DNA of 64,000 nucleotides from Candidatus Gastranaerophilaceae bacterium (GTDB lineage Bacteria; Cyanobacteriota; Vampirovibrionia; Gastranaerophilales; Gastranaerophilaceae): NCBI GenBank assembly GCA_045635965.1, contig JAZTWQ010000004.1, positions 36,204 to 100,203 of the forward strand, read 5' to 3'. Shown piece by piece: positions 56,904 to 64,000 of this stretch (position 1 is its first letter; each line of letters starts with the position of its first letter). The notes under the pieces were generated by a model. It saw only the letters and a program-made list of their open reading frames with translations, ran no database searches and was not told where the DNA came from. The position numbers and the translations under genes were made by a program.

Positions 56904-57725
56904 TTACCAATCAATCTGTTTTCCATACAACCAAGGCATAGTTTCTTTTTCAAGCATCCACGCACCACAAGAATATCCATTAAACTCACCCCCCGTTTTG
57001 GGATTACAATAATCTTTTACTGGACGATCAATATCATCTCTTATTCCAATTGGTATTATGCCCCTTTTACTAATCCTAAAACGAAATTGATCAACACCAT
57101 AGGTATTTGGTCCTTTTTCACCATTTAAATCAACGCGCATATCACCACATAATTCTTTTAAATATAAATTATTTTTATCTTCTACTTGAAACTTACATTT
57201 TGCGTTTGTAACCCAAATATTCATAAACAATGTTCCATCCGGCAATCTATAAATAGGTGTTCCCAAAAAATCAAATTCTTTTTTATTTTTATTATGCAAC
57301 CACTTACCACCAAGAACCAATTCATCATCCTCTATATATTCCCCCTTCAAACCCGCTGGAACAAGATATTTTACAAAATTAACCGATAAAAATCCAACAT
57401 CTCCCTCTAAATCCCAATACTGCGGTGCACCGTATTTTCTTATAGATTCATTATAGGTACTATTTAACATTGAATATATTTTTTTATACTTAGAAACTAA
57501 TACTTTTTCCTCCACTCTCAACTTAATCGCTGGAATTAAAAAAGCACAAATAACCCCTATAATAACAAGAACAATTAAAACTTCCGAAACAGAAAATGCA
57601 CATAACGATTTTAATCTAAAATTTTCATCTTGAACACTTATTTTTTGCCCTTCAGGAGGATTTAGCGGACTACCAATTGCCCCCCCCCCTAGTAAATCGC
57701 GGGTTTCCAGCGTTTTCGTCAACAT
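56904..57725 (-). CDS. pilin-like protein, subfamily B, intact copy (leader G10 tract in frame)
   Basis: AGGAG-N8-ATG. MLTKTLETRDLLGGGAIGSPLNPPEGQKISVQDENFRLKSLCA|FSVSEVLIVLVIIGVICAFLIPAI. Also DLNGEKGPNTYGVDQF and YSCGAW. Confidence 0.75.
   Translation of the reverse strand: MLTKTLETRDLLGGGAIGSPLNPPEGQKISVQDENFRLKSLCAFSVSEVLIVLVIIGVICAFLIPAIKLRVEEKVLVSKYKKIYSMLNSTYNESIRKYGAPQYWDLEGDVGFLSVNFVKYLVPAGLKGEYIEDDELVLGGKWLHNKNKKEFDFLGTPIYRLPDGTLFMNIWVTNAKCKFQVEDKNNLYLKELCGDMRVDLNGEKGPNTYGVDQFRFRISKRGIIPIGIRDDIDRPVKDYCNPKTGGEFNGYSCGAWMLEKETMPWLYGKQIDW
57680..57689 (-). repeat. coding-strand poly-G tract, 10 nt
   Basis: C10 counted on the plus strand. Encodes GGG. Confidence 0.95.
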
Positions 57726-57745
57726 AAATTTTCTCCTACATTATC

Positions 57746-58540
57746 CTAAAAATCAATCCATTTATTTTTCAAGCGGTTAAGCTCGCCACTCATTTGCATG
57801 TGTTCTAATATATGATTAACATTATGCCTCAATGATTCGCTTTCAACTTCTTGCCTAAAGGCTACGGCATAGGGTTCTTGAGTATAACGTTTGGACAAAA
57901 TCTTCATTTCTGGATTTTCTGCACAGAAACCTAATAAAATAGTATCGTCATTAATCATTGCATCACCGCGTCCAGACTTAAAAGCCGCGAAAGCCTCTTT
58001 GTCTGTTTTAAACCCCTTAACAATAGAACTAGGAACTAAAGATTTAATATTTCTTTCTGCGGTCGTACCCAAAACCACAATAACTTTTTTATTTCTCAAA
58101 TCAGTCAAACCTTCAATATCAGAATTTGCTCGAGTCATTAACGCTTGACCTGCGACATAATAAGGGGTAGAAAAACTCACAATACGCTGCCTACTTGGAG
58201 TAACTGACATTGTTGCGATAACCATATCTACTTTCCCTGAAGTAAGTGTCAAAATTCTGCTGGAGGGAGTAACTTGAACAAACTCAACCTTGTTTTCATC
58301 ACCCAAAATATTTTTTGCTATTTTTTTAGCCAAATCAACGTCAAAACCTTGTAAATTTCCATTCTTATCTTTAAATCCAAACGGTCTGGAATCATATTTC
58401 ACACCAACAACAAGTTTATCATTTTTTAAAACTTGCTCCATTAAATTCGACGGTTTCTGTTCTGTTGTACAGCCCGATAATAAAAATATAAAAACTAAAG
58501 CTAAAACTGTTGATAAAAATCTTTTCATATAATTCTCCAT
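57746..58540 (-). CDS. amino-acid ABC transporter substrate-binding lipoprotein (family 3)
   Basis: Lipobox LLSGC, PFGFKDKNGNLQGFDVDLAK, ATMSVTPSR. Confidence 0.85.
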   Translation of the reverse strand: MENYMKRFLSTVLALVFIFLLSGCTTEQKPSNLMEQVLKNDKLVVGVKYDSRPFGFKDKNGNLQGFDVDLAKKIAKNILGDENKVEFVQVTPSSRILTLTSGKVDMVIATMSVTPSRQRIVSFSTPYYVAGQALMTRANSDIEGLTDLRNKKVIVVLGTTAERNIKSLVPSSIVKGFKTDKEAFAAFKSGRGDAMINDDTILLGFCAENPEMKILSKRYTQEPYAVAFRQEVESESLRHNVNHILEHMQMSGELNRLKNKWIDF

Positions 58541-58660
58541 TACCTTTAATTATCTCAAAAAAAGATTTTTTGTAAAAATATTGTAATATTTATTTAAAAA
58601 ATATAAAAAAATTTTATTCAGCAACGTTATTTTGGAAAAAAGACGAAGTAAAAGAAGGAA

Positions 58661-61600
58661 ATGGTTTTGAAAATAATAGCTTTTAATGGAAAACGAGACG
58701 ATTATAATACAGCAAAACAACTAAAAGACGGAAAACAAATGATTACTCCGCCTAGGGAACGACTCATACATAATGCCATTAAAAATTTATCTACATATAA
58801 TTCCAACCGAAATGTTGAAAACCTGTTAGGAATTGCCAGCGCAAACCAATACGGCATACGTCAAAATTCTGCATTAAGACAATACTTAAACGAAAACTCA
58901 CCACTTAGCGGTACTATTTTGGAAAATAATCCTTGGGATATTGAGTTACAGAAAGCTACAGAAAAAGCTATTAAAAAACTGGCAAAAAACAGACGTGAAA
59001 AATTCTTACAAAAATATAACGAAATATTTGTCCAACCACAAGAATTAACCAGCATAGAAAAGAAAATAATAAAATACAGAGAAGGCATAATCAGCTCTAA
59101 AACTATGCAAGAAGCGCTTTCTGACAAATCAAAGCAAAATGAAACATCAAAAGCACTAAAATTCTTAGATTATTTTGTTGCATCATCAGAAACACCAATG
59201 AAAGAAAAAGCTTATATTTTGCTTAAATTATCGCACATGATGAGTGATGCTTATTCAATTCACCCTCAATTAAAAGACAAAAAATTCCAAGTATTTTCTG
59301 AAATTATAAACGACCTTGTGATAAAAATTCCAACCCAAAACGAATTTACATCAAAAGATTGCTCACAGGAAAAACACGGCTCTTGTGCAGCAACCTCAAT
59401 TGCAAGAAAAGCCCTACTATACGAAGATAAAGTTGCATATATTAATACATTATTATCTGAGTTAGATGATAAAACTTATATGGAAATTTATGATGTAACA
59501 AGACTCTTAGAATATCAAAAAGACGAAGAAAAATATGAAAAACTACGTGCGCCCAAAGTTAAAGTAGAAAAAGCTCAAATAAATTACGATAGAGCTATTT
59601 ACGAAGGCTATAGAATAATTGACGCAGCCGCTTTAAACTGGATGAAAATTGCCGGAACAGTAGGTGATGGTACGTTATCACTCCAAGATTATGTTGCATT
59701 TGACGCTAGACACAACGGTTTATTTTTTGACTCCCGTGTTTTAAAAATAGACGATGACGATTACACGACAAGACACGCTTATTTAAAAACTATGATTAAA
59801 AGTCAGGAGCTTCTAAAATCATACGAAAAAGCTAAAAGAAAAGAAAAAATACTTAACAGCCAAAATTGCCAAGACATTACCAAAATTCAAAGAAACTACG
59901 AAATAAAAAAGAAAAATTTAATTAAAAATATTAAAGAAATTGCACCAGAGATAACAAACGAACAAATTCACGTAATTTTAAGCAAAGCACTAGACTTGTT
60001 AAATATTAATCCCAATAATAACGATGAAATTTTAACATCCCAATTAACCAATTTACTCAAAAAGCAATTGGGTGCTGACTACGCACAAAAAACAAAGGGA
60101 AATTCTGAAATATTAAAAGCATTAAAAGAATATATAAAAGCTGAAAAAGAAAATGCTGGAATAACATTAACACCTCTTCAAAAATATTCACACGCTAAAA
60201 CGATTTTTCAAATAGGCTTAGCACAAAGAGAATTTCTTTTAACCCAATTAGAAATTACAAACATGGATAAAAATTTATATTATGACGAATACAATTTACC
60301 AAACTATCCTACTCAAGTACAACAACATATCAAAAAATTAATAAAATTGGCTAAAACAAAACCACAAAGTCCAATTATTCTTGAGTTACAAAAAACACAT
60401 AATATGGACAACAAAGAACTACAAGAATTTTTATCTAATCTTTATGCAGATGCAACAGAAAACATTCTTGAGGAAATTGACAAAAAACTTGCAGTTTATC
60501 ACACAAGCTACAAAGAAATCATACTTAAAGGTCTAAGAACTCGTATAGCTGAACACCAAGAAGGCAATCACGACTTTATGTTCTCAGTCTCTGACAAAAC
60601 AAAAGCTATTCCTGATAGCAAAAAATTTGAAAAAATGATAATTCAAATGATTTCAAATGTAAAAAAAGCAAAAAGCTATCAAGAAATTGAAAACGCAATT
60701 AGACCACTAGGCTCTCAAAGTCCTTATGAAACTATTCATGACGTAATCGAAAACTTTGTAAAATCAATTGACAACGCTATTGCAAACAAAGGATTTGAAG
60801 CCTTAAATATCAATTTAAATACGGACAAAAATTATGAAACAGAAGAAGAATTTCTTAATATCATTAACACAAATAACGAAGAAATAGCAAAACTGTTAAA
60901 CCTAATCTACCAAGTAGCAGATGCAACTAACTTCCCAGATGAGGCTGAGTTAATTATTAATCTAAATGAAAAAAGAAAAGAAGTTTTAACAGCAGATGAA
61001 ATTTCTATTTTAAAAAAGAAATTTGATGAAATAGATGCAGAAAGAAGAAGAATTTCAAAACTTAGAGAACAAGGAATTGACGCAAAAATAAATAATAAAA
61101 TATTTATTTTTAATAAAGAAGAAAAAGAACTACTAGATAAGATAGAAAAACAAATACCTACATTTAGTCGAGTAGTAGACAGAGAATACCGTATTGAAAA
61201 CAAAATAATGTCTAAAAAACTAGACGAACTATATTCTACATTAGGAAAAAGAACGGGTCATTTTTGGGTTAGCGAAGAAGGTCATTCTGGATTATACAGC
61301 AACGAAAGTGTAAGAATTTTTGAACAAATGACAGGGCGCCCATATCACGTAGAGTCTGATTTTGACGAAGTAATAAAACACATTCAATCAGGCAAAGGTT
61401 CCGGCACATCAGGTACAAACGTATGCTGGGACGATATAGGTGGACACGCACAATATATTGCCGATGTTAGAACCATAAAAATAAAAGATCCAAAAACCGG
61501 TAAAATTGAAGAAAAAACAGTAATGTTGCACGACAATACTTGGGGGCATTCTGAAAGACTTAGCAACTGGATTGATAAAACAGAAGTTGGAAAAACCGAT

Positions 61601-64000
61601 TATAATAGAAAATTCGGTCCAAAAGGCGGTTTTATTCTTTCTCCTGAAATGCTAACTGGAGCAACTGCCGATATTTTTAAATATGATATCGCAACCGATA
61701 GCAATGAAGTCTTTAAAAAAGCAATAAATGGTCCTGAAATAGAGATAGAAGAAGAATATTCTTGCCCTATATTTTGGCATGCGGAATTACCGGGGCTTGA
61801 TACCAAAATGAATACCAAGCTTGATAAAATTATTGAATGTATATTAAATCTTTACGACCCACAAGCGACGGTTAATGAACTTTTTAATATTTTAAACAAG
61901 CCTGGAAACAAACTTAATGTTGATTTTCTCAACAAGTTTGATGAAATAATCACCACAAAACAAGAACAAATTTTAGAAAAAATTATAAAAGATGAAAAAC
62001 CTCAAATTACAATCGAGCAATACAACAAACTTGATAAAAATGACGAGCTAAAAATTATTATAGAAAAACTCATCCTTACAAAAGCATTCCCTGATATTAT
62101 CAAGGAAGATACTATAAACACTGAATTTGGAAACATTAGAACAAACGAAGCTCTTGAAAAATTCAAACAGAAAAAACTGGAAGAATACAAAAACTTCTTT
62201 AGAGAAATACTATACAAAAAAGAAGATAAAAAAGGCGAGAAAGCTGTAAGAGAAGAAGTTCAAAAAGAAATCAATCACATTATTAATGCGATTGAAAAAG
62301 AAAAAAATATTAAATTAACATCTTTAAAAACTGATATACAAACAGCGATTGAAAAGGCTTACGAAAAAGACAACCACGGCAACCTTGATGACTTACTTGA
62401 TAATATCGCACAAGGTGTCGAACAAGCTATAAAAAACAACGAAAATTACAAAAAAATAAGCAAAAAAGACGCCGGAGTACTCATCCTAGTTTCAATAGAT
62501 GCAACTGAAGATAACTTTATGCTGGATGAAATTAAAACATACAAAGATGATGAAAAAATGCAAAAATATTTCACATTCTTAGACAAAAAATTTGACAACA
62601 TTGACGATGATGATTTAATGAAAACCAACCGAACCTTAATGAGTTGGGATAAGGAAGAATTTGAAGAATTAATCAAAGATATAACATTCGATGACTTAGG
62701 CCTCAAATTCGATACACCCGAAAACGTAATAAAACTAATTCAAGCAGGAAACTCTTTAGAACAAAAAAGGCTAGACAAAGTAACACTTGAACATTATTAC
62801 GATGAAATCATGGAACCTGCGAAAAAAACAGCCTCTACCACTGCAAATACTGCATATCGAAATTTTTATATCGATTTAGTCAATATGCTTGATGACAAAT
62901 TTATCAACAAATACAAAAATATTTATTTTAAGCAATACAAAGTTCGTCCAGCTATTCCAAACTTAGAAGTTAAAAGCAAAAGAGAACTTGTTCAAATGCT
63001 AAAACCTAATATTGATAATTTACAATTAAGCTTAATTGAGCTAATGGGACTAACTAAAGGCAAAAACTGTACTTACATATTAGATAAATTAACTTATTTA
63101 ATCAAATATGAAGATATCTATGAACAAAAAGACGCGCTTATCTATAATCTAAACTCTCTTTTAAACGAAATAAAGACAGATGCTAATTGCAACAATGTCG
63201 CAAATGTCGCAAGAACAATGAAAAATCGACTTGAAAGAAATAACTATAAAAAAGAACAAATAGAAACCGATTTTCATTTACTAAGCACCGAGCTAAGGAA
63301 AATAACCGACAATGCGACTTTAGAAACAATGAAAGCAGAATTTCTTGCCGCAAAAACAACTTTAACAAAGAATATTGATTTTATCGTAAGAACAAACGTA
63401 CTTCCTCAATATCAAGCATCTGTAAAACGCTCTTTATACAACTGGGTATCAGAAGCATCTAAGGATAAAATTGATTATCAAAAAACAAAAGAAGCATTAA
63501 ATGCGGCATCTGTTAACCTATTATCGCATCACGTGTTTACAAATCCGGCTGAACTTTTCACTTATACGGTAAAACTATCCCAACAACAACCCAAAGCTGG
63601 TGATGAAGAAATGCAATCAGCTGTTTTAAATCAACTAAAATCATACGTTGCTGATTGTTATAAAAAAGTAAACAAAACTAAATTGGAATATAAACTTATG
63701 AGCCTTGCCTCAAAAGGCAATACGTCTAAAATCAGAGATTACTTAAACAACAATGTTAAAATGAAAAACAAACGAACATTCATTGAAGCTGATGGAATGA
63801 AATTAGTCCGTCTTGCACTTGAAGACCCATCAAACAACAACTCAACATTGTTACTTTTCGTTGAACAAGCCGGCTTGATTGACGAGCTTTTAAACAGCCT
63901 TTACAAAGACGATTTAAAAAATGAAAAGAAATTTATCAAAAAGCTTGGAACTGAAACAACAAGATTTCTCTATGCTCGCTCATTTATAAAAGGATTTTTC
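58661..64000 (+). CDS. giant hypothetical protein, more than 1780 aa, 3' end outside the window (absent from the ORF track because it has no stop)
   Basis: I translated the frame starting at ATG 58661, which is preceded by an in-frame TAA at 58649. It stays open for 1780 codons to nt 64000. Only short antisense ORFs are listed in this span. Contains papain-like motifs QEKHGSCAATS (Cys242), GGHAQY (His929) and HDNTWG (Asn959). Confidence 0.75.
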   Translation, partial: MVLKIIAFNGKRDDYNTAKQLKDGKQMITPPRERLIHNAIKNLSTYNSNRNVENLLGIASANQYGIRQNSALRQYLNENSPLSGTILENNPWDIELQKATEKAIKKLAKNRREKFLQKYNEIFVQPQELTSIEKKIIKYREGIISSKTMQEALSDKSKQNETSKALKFLDYFVASSETPMKEKAYILLKLSHMMSDAYSIHPQLKDKKFQVFSEIINDLVIKIPTQNEFTSKDCSQEKHGSCAATSIARKALLYEDKVAYINTLLSELDDKTYMEIYDVTRLLEYQKDEEKYEKLRAPKVKVEKAQINYDRAIYEGYRIIDAAALNWMKIAGTVGDGTLSLQDYVAFDARHNGLFFDSRVLKIDDDDYTTRHAYLKTMIKSQELLKSYEKAKRKEKILNSQNCQDITKIQRNYEIKKKNLIKNIKEIAPEITNEQIHVILSKALDLLNINPNNNDEILTSQLTNLLKKQLGADYAQKTKGNSEILKALKEYIKAEKENAGITLTPLQKYSHAKTIFQIGLAQREFLLTQLEITNMDKNLYYDEYNLPNYPTQVQQHIKKLIKLAKTKPQSPIILELQKTHNMDNKELQEFLSNLYADATENILEEIDKKLAVYHTSYKEIILKGLRTRIAEHQEGNHDFMFSVSDKTKAIPDSKKFEKMIIQMISNVKKAKSYQEIENAIRPLGSQSPYETIHDVIENFVKSIDNAIANKGFEALNINLNTDKNYETEEEFLNIINTNNEEIAKLLNLIYQVADATNFPDEAELIINLNEKRKEVLTADEISILKKKFDEIDAERRRISKLREQGIDAKINNKIFIFNKEEKELLDKIEKQIPTFSRVVDREYRIENKIMSKKLDELYSTLGKRTGHFWVSEEGHSGLYSNESVRIFEQMTGRPYHVESDFDEVIKHIQSGKGSGTSGTNVCWDDIGGHAQYIADVRTIKIKDPKTGKIEEKTVMLHDNTWGHSERLSNWIDKTEVGKTDYNRKFGPKGGFILSPEMLTGATADIFKYDIATDSNEVFKKAINGPEIEIEEEYSCPIFWHAELPGLDTKMNTKLDKIIECILNLYDPQATVNELFNILNKPGNKLNVDFLNKFDEIITTKQEQILEKIIKDEKPQITIEQYNKLDKNDELKIIIEKLILTKAFPDIIKEDTINTEFGNIRTNEALEKFKQKKLEEYKNFFREILYKKEDKKGEKAVREEVQKEINHIINAIEKEKNIKLTSLKTDIQTAIEKAYEKDNHGNLDDLLDNIAQGVEQAIKNNENYKKISKKDAGVLILVSIDATEDNFMLDEIKTYKDDEKMQKYFTFLDKKFDNIDDDDLMKTNRTLMSWDKEEFEELIKDITFDDLGLKFDTPENVIKLIQAGNSLEQKRLDKVTLEHYYDEIMEPAKKTASTTANTAYRNFYIDLVNMLDDKFINKYKNIYFKQYKVRPAIPNLEVKSKRELVQMLKPNIDNLQLSLIELMGLTKGKNCTYILDKLTYLIKYEDIYEQKDALIYNLNSLLNEIKTDANCNNVANVARTMKNRLERNNYKKEQIETDFHLLSTELRKITDNATLETMKAEFLAAKTTLTKNIDFIVRTNVLPQYQASVKRSLYNWVSEASKDKIDYQKTKEALNAASVNLLSHHVFTNPAELFTYTVKLSQQQPKAGDEEMQSAVLNQLKSYVADCYKKVNKTKLEYKLMSLASKGNTSKIRDYLNNNVKMKNKRTFIEADGMKLVRLALEDPSNNNSTLLLFVEQAGLIDELLNSLYKDDLKNEKKFIKKLGTETTRFLYARSFIKGFF

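Noticed and set aside
58861-63368. Eight short minus-strand ORFs (60-98 aa) listed between 58.8 and 63.4 kb
   Set aside because: All lie antisense to a single uninterrupted 1780-codon plus-strand frame. They are Ser/Phe/Leu-rich, as expected for the complement of a Lys/Glu/Asn-rich gene.

Overview
Low-GC bacterial chromosome segment, by eye about one third G+C, with most genes on the minus strand. The core genes are: dxs (3' part), lysS, hup, an S10/spc ribosomal-protein cluster (rpsJ to rplR, 18 genes) that ends abruptly after rplR, a DapF-like half protein, clpX-clpP-tig, nadB-nadC, zupT, ispG, a YqiJ/flotillin pair, lipid-A genes lpxD-lpxC-fabZ-lpxA (so a diderm), an M29 aminopeptidase, pxpA-like, yvcK-like, panB-panC, murA, cdd, a DUF512 radical-SAM/PadR pair, TPR proteins and an amino-acid binding lipoprotein. 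No rRNA, tRNA, CRISPR array, transposase, integrase or obvious prophage was seen. The main finding is a dispersed family of nine pilin-like genes, all on the minus strand, in two subfamilies. Six loci start with the same conserved leader module. That module carries a coding-strand poly-G run (6-11 nt) or, in one copy, an (AG)30 dinucleotide repeat, placed upstream of a prepilin-type F-x-x-x-E signal. Three copies are in frame and three are out of frame by one nucleotide, which fits slipped-strand translational phase variation. Two copies carry further homopolymer frameshifts. Other notable items are a 1233-aa protein combining a Gly/Ala-rich segment, two FHA domains, a phospho-Ser/Thr-lyase-like module and a transglutaminase-like cysteine protease core, followed by two orphan genes. 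A single ORF of more than 1780 aa runs off the 3' end of the window and is missing from the ORF track. All frame states depend on homopolymer lengths that are error-prone in sequencing, so they need read-level confirmation.
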